A stretch of 63,886 nt of DNA from Catajapyx aquilonaris (taxonomy: Eukaryota): NCBI GenBank assembly GCA_000934665.2, contig KZ538534.1, positions 1 to 63,886 of the forward strand, read 5' to 3'. Shown one piece after another: positions 41,048 through 51,528 of this stretch. Under the pieces are notes generated by a model. It made no database searches, was not told the DNA's origin, and saw nothing but the letters and a program-made list of their open reading frames with translations. A program made the position numbers and the translations under genes. Within the stretch, counting starts at the first letter, position 1; the number at the start of each line of letters is the position of its first letter.

Positions 41048-42259
41048 TCAGGGATGCACGGCCGCGCCCAGCCTCTGCCCGTATATTGAGTAAGGACTGG
41101 TGTAGTATGGGGCCAAAGACGGGTGTGTTGGTATTAAGGAGCTGAGGGTAGTGGCGGTCAACGGTGACCCTGGCATGGGTTTTCCGTACGGGTGGTACCT
41201 GGCAGCGGACAGTGGGCTGAGCGGTGGGTTGGGGTAGGTACGGTGAAGTCCAGCCTGGGAGGTCAACAGGGAGTGTTGGGCTGCGGCGGCTGCGGCAGCT
41301 GCAGCAGGGTTGAGCAGGGTTAAAGGCCCGGTATCTGAGGTGGACAGATTGGTGTGTGTCCTCAGGTGTTGAAGCAGCTCGTCTGAACCCGCGAAACGCT
41401 TGCCGCAGTACGTGTCACCCACGATCCAGTTGCACACGTACGGCCGGGTTTGGGCACTCAGTAGACTATGCTGCGAGTAGGCTGCGGCGGCTGCGGCAGC
41501 GCTGACCTGTGGCGGTGGTGGCAGACCAGGCAGGTACTGTAGCCCCAACTTTTGATGGTCGCACTGAGTACACCCACTAGGGCACACACCCACACCGACG
41601 GCACTCAGCAACTGCGCGTTCTGCAGGCTGTACTGGCACCCGGTACAGTACGGGTCTTTACACACTGGCACAAGAGTCTCGGCCCCACTGACTGTCTTGA
41701 CACGCGCGTATGCCATGTACGGGTTCGGTGCTGCGTTGAATGGTGGCGGATACAGCATCGATGCACCCAGTGAGCTTAGTGGACTGCGGAACGCCGGGTT
41801 GGTCAGCGCTTCGAACCCCGGTGGACAGCATGCCGGTTTGTACGTCCCCAACGGTACGTCCTTAGGGTGACCATGGAGGATCTCAAGTCCGGACCGGATT
41901 ATGGGACTGGAACCTGCACTACGTCGCTCGGACGACTCGATGGTTTTGGCCGGGGGCTCGGTGGTGGTCGTGGTTGTGGTGGTGGTCGTGGGCGTACCGG
42001 TGGATGCCACGGACGTCGTCGGTGTCGTGGCTGGCGATTTAGCTGGTGTCTTCACCTCCCGTTTCTCCTCCTTCTCCTCCTTCTTAGTTTCGTACGGTTT
42101 GAACGCCAGTTTGTCCGTCTTTTCCGTCTTCTCCTCCTTAGGCTGTTCTACCTTCTTCTTCTCCAACGGCGGTATCAACGGCTTGGTACTGCTGGTGTCC
42201 GCCCCAATCTGGCTGCAAGTCTGCGCTAGAAGAGCCAACGGACTCTTCTTGGCATCCAG
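41048..42259 (-). CDS. noc: NET-family (noc/elbow/ZNF503/ZNF703) zinc-finger repressor, coding exon 2; spliced protein 433 aa
   Basis: Acceptor ttttttttctgtag|CTG GAT GCC AAG AAG is in frame with the 396-aa ORF. Motifs: Sp motif LDAKKSPLALLAQTCSQIG, Groucho-binding FKPY, Btd-like box CKDPYCTGC, single C2H2 finger CNWIVGDTYCGKRFAGSDELLQHLRTH, ARYHPYGKP and a C-terminal YGQRLG. Stop TGA at 41048-41050. Confidence 0.95.
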   Translation of the reverse strand: MDAKKSPLALLAQTCSQIGADTSSTKPLIPPLEKKKVEQPKEEKTEKTDKLAFKPYETKKEEKEEKREVKTPAKSPATTPTTSVASTGTPTTTTTTTTTTEPPAKTIESSERRSAGSSPIIRSGLEILHGHPKDVPLGTYKPACCPPGFEALTNPAFRSPLSSLGASMLYPPPFNAAPNPYMAYARVKTVSGAETLVPVCKDPYCTGCQYSLQNAQLLSAVGVGVCPSGCTQCDHQKLGLQYLPGLPPPPQVSAAAAAAAYSQHSLLSAQTRPYVCNWIVGDTYCGKRFAGSDELLQHLRTHTNLSTSDTGPLTLLNPAAAAAAAAAQHSLLTSQAGLHRTYPNPPLSPLSAARYHPYGKPMPGSPLTATTLSSLIPTHPSLAPYYTSPYSIYGQRLGAAVHP

Positions 42260-42332
42260 CTACAGAAAAAAAAAGTAGGTTTAAAGTGACGTCGACGGAA
42301 TATCGACTTGTCCCCGTTTTCTTGTAACTTAC
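42260..42332 (-). other. 73-bp GT-AG intron of noc-like gene
   Basis: GTAAGT donor, polypyrimidine tract and TAG acceptor. Removing it joins ...PLPTT to LDAKKSP... in frame. Confidence 0.92.
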
Positions 42333-42422
42333 CGTTGTAGGCAAAGGAGAAGCCAGGTAGTCCGGCTGGAGGTACTGGTTGGCTCCTGTCGTGAGCATCC
42401 CTCGGCTGTCCAGAACAACCAT
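42333..42422 (-). CDS. noc: NET-family zinc-finger repressor (noc-like), coding exon 1
   Basis: ATG at 42422 gives MVVLDSRGMLTTGANQYLQPDYLASPLPTT, resembling the Noc N-terminus as I recall it (MVVL...NQYLQPDYLAPLPTT). Ends at a GTAAGT donor (ACG|gtaagt), phase 0. The TTG start at 42455 in the ORF track is not the real start. Confidence 0.9.
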
Positions 42423-42494
42423 TGGGATCGCACAACGTGTCACAAAGTCCTCCAACGCTGTAGTAGCTACACGTTTGGTTAAGTCTATCCGTAC

Positions 42495-42530
42495 GGGTCT
42501 GCACTACTCGAGCTCCGGCTAGCGACTGAA
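42495..42530 (-). promoter_or_regulatory. Inr + DPE core promoter of noc-like gene; predicted TSS at 42527
   Basis: Minus strand has TTCAGTC (Inr TCAGTY, +1 A = 42527), CGAGT at +18..+22, G at +24 and AGACC at exactly +28..+32 (DPE RGWYV). Predicted 5' UTR is 105 nt. Confidence 0.75.
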
Positions 42531-43379
42531 TCAGTCGGCCGATGGGAGGCGCTGACACAGACGGTGGGGGTTGGGGGGGGGGGGGGGTGATGGGGGTGGG
42601 GGCCCGTTTTCGCCCCGTCAGACTCCACCACCCATGGCGCTAGTGATGATGACAGGAGAGAGCCTCAGGAGGCTTTTGTGGTGTCCAAGGAAGAACCGGA
42701 CTTACTTTTTCAACTATGTCTAATGATGAAATTGCATAGATTTAAAGTAGTAGCCATAGATGAAAATAGAAGCGCCCACAACTTGTGTGGGATTTCTTTG
42801 GGACTGAAAAGTTCTCCGGTGGTAATCCTGTGGACAATCTGGCTCCGGGTTGGACAGATCCCCCCCGGGGGGTCATACAGGTATAGAGAGGACCGCTGTC
42901 ATTGTCCGGTTCCAGCCTGGATTATCCAGGTCGAAGGTCAGCGGACATGTTTTTTTTTTGTGGGAAAGTAAATAAAAAAGGTTCGAGTTTGATTTCTAGC
43001 ACGTTAGCAAGAACAGTTGACTTAAGGGAGCTGCCGTAAGTCAAAGTCAACATTTGTTCCCAGATTAGGACGAGGAGGCAGTTGGTTGAAAGCTACTTTC
43101 TCTCCGCGGTTGTAGATAAGGCCCGGTTTTGCTTCAGCCGACGTCGAAGAACTTGGTGAAATATGGTGCCAGAATCAAAACACCAGATGGAAAAGCACGG
43201 AAAAGCATTGGCAACTAGTGACAACAAGGGAAAACCCGGCCTATTTCATGTCAGCCTGTCACGTGCGGAAAGTATTCACGATGCGTTGAATGGAGCGGAA
43301 AATATCGCTAAAAGATGCAGAAATTATGGAAATAGGGACGTTTTGCTGGAAATAAATATCCACATTCTGCTGTCGCAAT

Positions 43380-43940
43380 ACCGATATTATGCTGTAAGAA
43401 AATATTGATAATGTTGCGTCATAAAATACAAATATTGTGCTGCAAGTAAATATCGATATTGTGCTGTAAATAAATGTCGATTCATACTGTCAATAAGTAT
43501 GGGTATATGATCATATATGAATATCCAGATTTTGCTGTAAAATGCCGATTTTATTCGGCAAGTACAGTACATGTAGATATTATTGTGTTGTGGGGAAATA
43601 TCGACATTGTGCTGTAAGAAATATCAATATTGTGCTATATGAAATATTGATATACCGTAGTGTTGTAGGCAATATCGTTAGCATACTGTAAGTAATGTTG
43701 ATATATTGTGTTTTAAGAAATATCAATATTGTGTTAGAAAATATTGGCATACCGTAACTTTGTAGGAAATATCGATAGCATGCTATAATATCGATATTGT
43801 GCTGTAAATAAATATCGATTGTGCTGTAAGAAATATCAATATTGTGCTAGAAAATATTTACTTGCCGTAACTTTGTAGGAAATATCGATAGCATGCTATA
43901 ATATCGATATTGTGCTGTAAGTAAATATTGATATGCTGTA
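43380..43940. repeat. TATCGATA (DRE-like)-rich degenerate tandem tract
   Basis: Units like aaatatcgatattgtgctgtaag; exact TATCGATA at 43451, 43770, 43789, 43883 and 43902. Confidence 0.85.
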
Positions 43941-45595
43941 AATGAATATAGCTGCATTTTAAAAATCGATGTAACTTGACATGTCCTGAGAGCCGTCTAT
44001 GACTGGTTCTATCTGAAAAGCGAGCAGAGTGGTGGCAACCCTGTGAAGGCTTGGAGTGCGGGCAGGCGTCTAGGGCCGCCGCCATCCGTCTTCGCGCTGT
44101 CGGAGCTGCCACTCGGCCAAGATGGATTGGGGAGGCCTCCCCGCTGCCAGGCCCTTTGTTCACTCCCCCAATAACACGTCCGTAATGACCCCCGGACTAG
44201 CCTGTGCCACCCACCCTCATATTTCCAACCCTGGCTTTAGCCGCTCTCTTAAAAATAGACGGGCCGAGGGCGCCCATTTTTCATGGATAGCCCGGTTTTT
44301 ATAGTACGTCTCTTTTGGTGGATGCCGACTGGAAACAAAGCGTGGGTATTAATAGATGGCGTTGAGAAGTGGATTAGTGCGCCTGCGTTGATAGGCGGGC
44401 GAGCGGGCGGGGTTGCCAGAATTCCGGGCGAGACGGAGGCGACGGGTACAAATGGAGGATGCCAAGCCGTTGACGGTGCATTTCGCGGGCCTGTCTGTTT
44501 TGCCACGTCCTGTTTATCACCCTGCGCTTCAGACTACGCCCTTTTTGCCATTCCTCCTTGCTGGAATGGCGGAGGCTCGGGGCCAAGGTGAGGATTATTG
44601 GGAGACGGCAGGTGGAAGCGACCATTTTCAGGCCTGATTGATGGTTGTTGGGCCTAAACTACAACATAAGATGCGGAAAATCTTAAAACCTTGGTTCAGA
44701 TGCTGGCAGCAACATGTGGCAACCGCGCAATCCAGCGTTGCCATTTTCTGATCAGTTGCAGTTTTGTCCAGTTATCTCCAGAAATTTCAATCTCCCAACG
44801 ATTTTGCGAGTTGCTAATCCAGTTTAAGGTTTAAATGTTTAATAAAAAATTTAAAAATAAATGATAGGAACCCCTAATGAGCAGTGGGTAGGGCTGGTGA
44901 GTGATTAAGGTGGGAGAAGCAGGTTTGGAAGTCCTGTTGGCAGCCTGGCCACCTCCCACACGCCAGCAACTCTCCCTCTACCTGACATTACAGGCCTCTC
45001 TCGCCCAAGTTGCCTTCTTGATCGAGGATTTACGATTGTAACACTCCCACACAGTTTTTTTTTGAATCCTCCCTAACATTCTCGGGGCGCGATTGGAAGC
45101 GACAGACATCACTGGTGAACCGCGAGTCTACCCGTTACACCAACTGCTGATTGGCCCTTTCTCGGATATGCAAATTGGCAAGAATGGCAACCCTGCTTGG
45201 TACAGTACAGTACTGTATATGCCGATTGGAAACCCTGCTGAGAAGCGATGGTAACTTCACTTGAAAATAATTAATCAGCAGTGTACCATCAGTGGTGCAA
45301 CCGCCATAGTGGCAAAAAACCAGCATGTCCGCCACCTATCTGTTAGGTCAGACCCAAGAGCAGAAGAGGCGGGGTTGGTTTCGCAGCTGTCCTTGGGCAA
45401 GCTGGCAACTGCCAATGGATCTGACATGGCCCGGCCCAAAAAGTCTGACAGCCCTCTGGCGTAAGATAGCATAATTAAAGTGGTCAGATCAAAGGCGGCC
45501 GCCCCAAGATGTTTATCAGGCTGGTCAGCTGTCAAGAACGCGCTGGAAAACCAGGTCGGGCTCTAAAGAAGGATCAGGAGAGAAGAACTTAGGAA

Positions 45596-45900
45596 AAAAA
45601 AGTGGCCTGAGCACAAGGTGGAACCACTGTCCAACTTTACAGGTTTACAGGCGGGTTTACTGAATTTTTAAAAAATGTTTACAGCAAAAATATTTGTTTC
45701 TATAGAAGGATATCACATAGGTGGATCCAAATATTTTTGCTGGGGACATGACATTGTAGAAAAAGTGGCCTGAGCACAAGATGGAGCCACTGTCCAACTG
45801 TCCAACTTTACAGGTTTATAGTATTAAAAAATTATTTACAGCAAATTTTTTTGTTTCTATAGAAGGATGGCACATAGGTGGATCCAAAGATTTTTGCTGG
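45596..45900. repeat. ~165-bp tandem duplication
   Basis: aaaaagtggcctgagcacaag...ggtggatccaaa(t/g)atttttgctgg occurs twice. Confidence 0.9.
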
Positions 45901-47288
45901 AGGTAGAAACTCTATGTTTGGCCCCCTATGTCAGCCTCTCACACGTCAGACCCGCACTTGGCACAAACTGCAGTTTCCAAACGGTTAATTGCGTTAGCAT
46001 CCGAAGCAGTTAATTAGGTTGGCAAGGGTGGAAAGAAAGGAGTGCTGGAGAGGGGGGATGGGGGTGGAAGAGGCATAACAATAAATTTAAACCAGGCCCA
46101 GGGTTTTGTATGTGCTAGTCTCTACCATAGCCCTCCCTCCCATAGCAGTTGCAAAAAAAAAACACCTAGGCTGTAGATGGGAGGAGCCAACAAGTATATG
46201 GGATGTAATATATCAGCTGAAATGAGCTTCCTGTCTTCGTGACTATCGCAACTGTAAACCTCCCCCCCTCACCTACCATGCCAAAAGATCACCTAGGTAC
46301 AAAAAAAGGTGGACTGGGATTGGTCCGATTGCATGCTGGAAGGTTGTAAAAAGCAGTGATTGACGTTCGAAGGTAGTTATAAACAAATCGTACGTCACGG
46401 ACGAGTTTTATGGGTTATTAATCACCGTTATTCTGGTTGAGAGTTCGCAACTTTTCTGCCGACACTGTTCTGACTAATATTAGCAACCAATATTGGTATG
46501 TAGCCGTGTAAACAGCTCAGTTTAAGAATTGTTTAAATTTGCGAATTTTTCTTTCTTAAAATTTGCTTCCTAAAATATAATCTTATTGCGCTCATTTTAT
46601 ACTATTACTACTGCGCTATCATATAGTTATCCATTGAACGCTATATTATTTCTGTAACAGCTATATTTTAATAACAGTTGAAAGGCTATAATAGCTGTAT
46701 TATAATACTGTGTCTGTACTTTATAACAGCTACATTATAATAACAGTTTCAAAGCTATAATATTTGTACTTTAATAACAGCTTGAAGCAATAATAGATAT
46801 ATTATAATACAGTAGTTATCAGTGCTATATTGTAACATAATACTACTTGCATTAATAGCTAAATTTTAAATAATTTTTAATTAGAGCAGCATATAGTGCA
46901 GAAAACTGGCTGATTGTAACTAATATCATGGTTGCAAAATTCAGCGAAATTTCCACCTATATCATATGGTGTAAATTCCATAGAGCACTCCCATTTGCTG
47001 GACGTGTATTTTGGAGGCGTCGTAAGTCAAGGCAGGGGCACTTTGTCCCGAGTGAGGTGGCTCTTCCATCAAGCGGGGGTCCAAACTGCATTATGGGCAG
47101 GTACAGAGTGCGGCATAAACAAGTGTCGGCTGCAGCTGGCAACACCTGCTTCAGCGTTCAACTTTTACGCGCTCGCCTTCATAATAAGCGGGCTGAAAAA
47201 AACGTCGCGCAAAAAACTGGACGGGATGATTTACGACAGTTTTTTGTCGGATCTTTGATACGCGAACTTGGGATTAAAAATATTTCGG

Positions 47289-47394
47289 AAAAATAGTTGG
47301 CGAGAACTGGGGCTCGAACCTGCGACCTTTGAGATTGCTTCTTCGAGCCTCAAAATGTCGCAGGTTCGAGTCACGGTTGGCGCCAACTATTTTT
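47289..47394. mobile_element. Palindromic element made of two tRNA-like 3' halves
   Basis: Right arm gtcgcaggttcgagtcacggttggcgcca; left arm reverse complement ggtcgcaggttcgagccccagttctcgcca. Each has a T-arm/B-box and ends in CCA. Outer IR aaaaatagttggcg/cgccaactattttt. Confidence 0.6.
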
Positions 47395-48008
47395 TTCTCT
47401 TAAAAGTATCATCCGATTCGATTGGCTTAAAGTGTTTCTCGACCAAAAACTTGTGGACAACGTTGCTCTCTGGTACGATGTAGCTTGACTTGTATTGATG
47501 CTGGTTGGCGCCGAGAGGAGAATACCAAAGAAAAGGCCTTTAGCAACCTTTCCGCCACGTCAGACTAATTTGTAGGGAGATGTATGACTCTTCCATTGGC
47601 TTGGGTTGAAGTGAGGGGTGGCATGGAGGAAGAGGAGGTGGGGTGCACCCTGATGAAATATCGGTTTGTAATTTTAGGCCACCTAATTAATCACCGCCCG
47701 GCTTTTCTTCCTCGGGACGCCCGAAATTATGATGAATGACGTGACAAAAGCAAGTCGCACGAAATTTCAGAGAGGGGGAAGGCGGGTGAGGTGGGAGTAA
47801 GGTCTCCGTCTGCCACGATCCGGGGGACCTATTATTAGAATATTAGGTATTAGAATCATGGCGCCGTTGGCATCGGTTCCGGAAGTGAGGACAACAGGCT
47901 CATTTTTCTTAGCCCTCTTCCTCCAAATTGATGAATTTCAGGAAGGCTTTTTTGGTACACTCGTTAGGACCAGAGGGCGAAACGGTGTTTGGAAATCATG
48001 TACAGTCA

Positions 48009-48093
48009 AAGGAGTGAGGTAGCAGACCTGAAGCTGAAATTAGCCTTCAACTAGGAGGCTAATTTCAGCGTCGGGTCTGCTACCTTACTCCTT
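48009..48093 (+). other. 85-nt hairpin, 40-bp arms (possible pre-miRNA or mini-MITE)
   Basis: aaggagtgaggtagcagacctgaagctgaaattagccttc-aacta-ggaggctaatttcagcgtcgggtctgctaccttactcctt. Confidence 0.5.
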
Positions 48094-49267
48094 CAAGATG
48101 GTTTCAAATAATTCATAACAGTGTGCAGTCACTTAAAAGCCTGTACACTGTTAAGAAATTCGGCCGGGACACTTTAGGGAGTAGCCCGTGGTGTCAAAAA
48201 TATTCCGGCAGATATTTCCATCTGAATATACTCCGGCAATAGCTCGACCTTCGACCTTCTGGTACATTTCTGTCCCATTGGATGTGCAACGCCGATGTTT
48301 TGACCTCCGGACATTTATCTCCCTGTTTGGGGTTCTAAATCTTTCGGTTCCCCTCTTCGTGCCAAGATGGCCGCCTCCGTCTTGGCAAGTGTTGCCAGCT
48401 GCAATACCCGCCGCTCAAAAACAATCGGACTTGGCACCCCTCTATTTTTAAAGCTTGCAGATAGGTTGTTTTTTTTCTAGAGAAGGGGGGGAAGCAGTTG
48501 TCATCGCCTCGTTACAGGAATTGGCGTGCTTCTCTGTCGGCGACGTGTCAACATGGCCTAATGGGATGTTGCGGAGGAGGTCGCGCGGTGGGCAGCCCCA
48601 TCGGCTCTTCCACCCCCGTCTAGTTGCCAAGGCAACCATGATGAATGAGGGGTCATCCATCATTCCCCGGCTTCAACCTTCCTGGACTGGAAATTAGCCT
48701 GACTTGGCAATGCATACGTTGGCGTCAGGGTTGCCAATCTCAAGATGGCGGCAAAGAGACGATGTGGGAGGGCTTGGTTGGCCTTGGGGTAATGAACACT
48801 CGCATATTCGGACCTGGTAATGGAGATATTTTCAAAGGGTTGATGGGTGCGACGCGCGAGAGATTGTTCCTTGTTCATTAGAGGGAAGGTGAGAGATGGG
48901 ACAGGTTTGTGGGTGGTCTGACGGCGTTTGGGTCCAAAACTAACAGGGCTCGAAGTGGAGCTAGATGCGGGGCAGTATACAGTGTGTGTGAGATATTGAG
49001 TGGCGGAGGTCAAAGCTCTGACAGGCGCAGAATAGACACGTCCACTACACCGACAATAAAAACGTCAACTCCAAGTTATAGGGTAGGTGCCGTCAATGAA
49101 TCAAACGCACCCGCGCTAATGTGTGAAGGCATTAAATTGTTCACTACCCTACATTTTGACTGTTCACTTCTGCCCTGCTTTTGTTCAAGCTGATCACTAC
49201 ATTGGGGGTGACTCCTATAAATCACATTGTAGATATCTGGTGAAAATCGCATTTAAGATGATGTGTT

Positions 49268-49575
49268 CTACAATCACGTTGGATACTGTCTTGCACATCA
49301 TATTATAGAGTGTCAGCGCAATCTGCTCTTGCAATGCATTGAATACACCTATAATCGTAATTATCTACATCGTGACATAAACATGCGACGGTTGGGCATA
49401 ATTGCGTCCTTATATCGCTGCGTCATACAATCACGTTGTATACTGTCTTGCACATCATATTTATAGAGTGTCAAGGCAATCTGCTCTTGCAATGCACTGA
49501 AGACACCTATAATCGTAATTATCTACATCATGACATAAACATGCGACGGATGGACATAATTGCGTCCTTATATCA
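49268..49575. repeat. ~158-bp tandem duplication
   Basis: tacaatcacgttg...cataattgcgtccttatatc occurs twice with few substitutions. Confidence 0.92.
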
Positions 49576-51415
49576 ATCTATTGGTGACATTAATGTGTAT
49601 AGTGCATACCGATTCATCATATTGTCTTTATATTTTCTCTTGTAAATCACATTTTAGGTTTGACATTTTCTCCTGCGAATCCTGTATAACAACTGAAGAC
49701 ATTCTGGACCCATCATGTCCACCTGGAGTATATTCCATCAGGAGAGTGCTTACCCTTGAAAACCCCTTGAGAGAAAAGGGGTTTGGCAAAGTGGGGGGGC
49801 TGCAGGGTGCACAAAAAACACGCACACACACAATTCCACCCTTGTCAAGACGCGATACCATCGCCAGCTGACAACTAGGATAATAGCGTGCAGCAAAGGA
49901 TGGCGATAGCATGGCAAATGAAATCAGCAAAGGGGAAGAAAGGCGTAGAGACGTGGACACACATACATAAAAACTGTTAATAAAAAAAGGTAATGTAGCC
50001 GTTTCGGTTGGTAGAAGCTTCATTAAGACTGTGTTCTTTATGATGAATGCCACATGTGAGAGCCAAAAAGATTTTGATCCTGGAGTGCCAACTCCATCAG
50101 AAGATGCAAGATAACATGACGTCATGTTTTATTTCGAGCGAACGTGACAACCCGTTCCTGAATGGAGGTTGTTCACAAAAAGGTTTAGTAGGTTCGTCCC
50201 CTAGTGTAAAAAAGAATGGCGATGATGGGACCAGAAGAGCAATTTCCGCTGGGGAATTTTTGTTTGCTCAGTTTCGGTTTGCGAGAGGAAGTTGGACACA
50301 GGCAGAGGGGGTTTTATTGCTTTACAACCGGACCCCCCATCTCAACAAAGGAAAAGAGAGGGCTCATTGTGGGACCCTACCCTCTATTGTAGCTCTTTTT
50401 CCTCAGTGTGCAAGTTATGCAAGTTCCAGGATTAATTGGATTGTGGGGAGGGATTTTGTTGTGGGTTTTGTTGCGTAACGCCCTGTCAAAAAAGCAAGGA
50501 TGTTGTTGGGTGGATATACTGAAGGAATGTTGACATCGTGCGACCAGCTTACGAGCCAATGATTTTACGAGGAGTTTGTGATTTACGGGCCGTGTAGCAC
50601 GTATGCACGTCACAGCTGTTTGTTTACTATATTGCGATGGTACCCAAACCTACTGTTCAGATTTGGTTTGTGTCACTAGCAGGACCTGACTTTCTGCACA
50701 TGCACATTGTTGCTACGTCAATGCACATATCTGGTTATATGCCAAGGCCGTATCCCACACTCACAGTGCATAAAGCAGAACTTACCTGATGGCCTATGCA
50801 GATATCTGCAATTTGTGCCTGATCTATCCTTATCTACAACCAATAATTGTATATGCACTATGAGCTTTGTGAGAAACTGGTCTTGGTATATAACCAGGTA
50901 TTATTGACGTAGGTGACGTAGCTGTAGTGTGCATACATGTGCATCCATGTAGGTGCATATTCAGTGATGTAATCACTGAACTTTATTACGATCTTTCTCA
51001 CACTAGTCTGTATACGGAAATGCACCCGGATATAACTCTTGTCAGGCGTCACCTGGCGGCCTATAAACTGAGCCAGGGATTTTTGACCATGTCCACCTGT
51101 TTGTACCTTTTCACGCCTCCCGGATTTTTATTAGTCTTCAGTCCCCTGTGTGTGTGTTCCCGAGGCCAGAAAGATGCAGGAGGCAATTCATTATCCCCGC
51201 AACGTATATAGCCGGTCAACATCAGCACTTCAAAGGCCCCGTTGCTAGACTAATGAGTACTTTTAGCAACTCCACTAGATTTACTCGCCTGGGATGCATA
51301 CGTGCTATTTCTAGTGAAGGGCTACGATAGTTGGCATCGTAATATTGCCCTTGAAGTTGTATTTTTGGGAAGTTGCGTCTATTGTACTGCCTGTCCAGCA
51401 TTGCCCTGAGGAGCA

Positions 51416-51528
51416 CTGGTGTTGTTCAGGTGGCGCTAGGCCTAGTGTTGCTCAGGTGGCGCTGGGCCTAGTGTTGCTCAGGTGGCGCTAGGCCTAGTGT
51501 TGTTCAGGTGGCGCTAGGCCTGGTGTTG
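51416..51528 (+). repeat. 26-bp minisatellite (4+ copies) with CTCF-like core
   Basis: ctagtgttgctcaggtggcgctaggc x4; each unit has CAGGTGGCGCT. Confidence 0.9.

Noticed and set aside
41552..42278. Plus-strand ORFs overlapping noc
   Set aside because: Antisense shadows of a GC-rich coding exon.
42138..42332. Continuation of the 105-aa ORF beyond PLPTT
   Set aside because: It reads into the intron and then out of frame; only 42333-42422 is coding.
47289..47394. Intact tRNA gene
   Set aside because: Only T-arm and acceptor 3' halves are present; no D-arm or anticodon arm.
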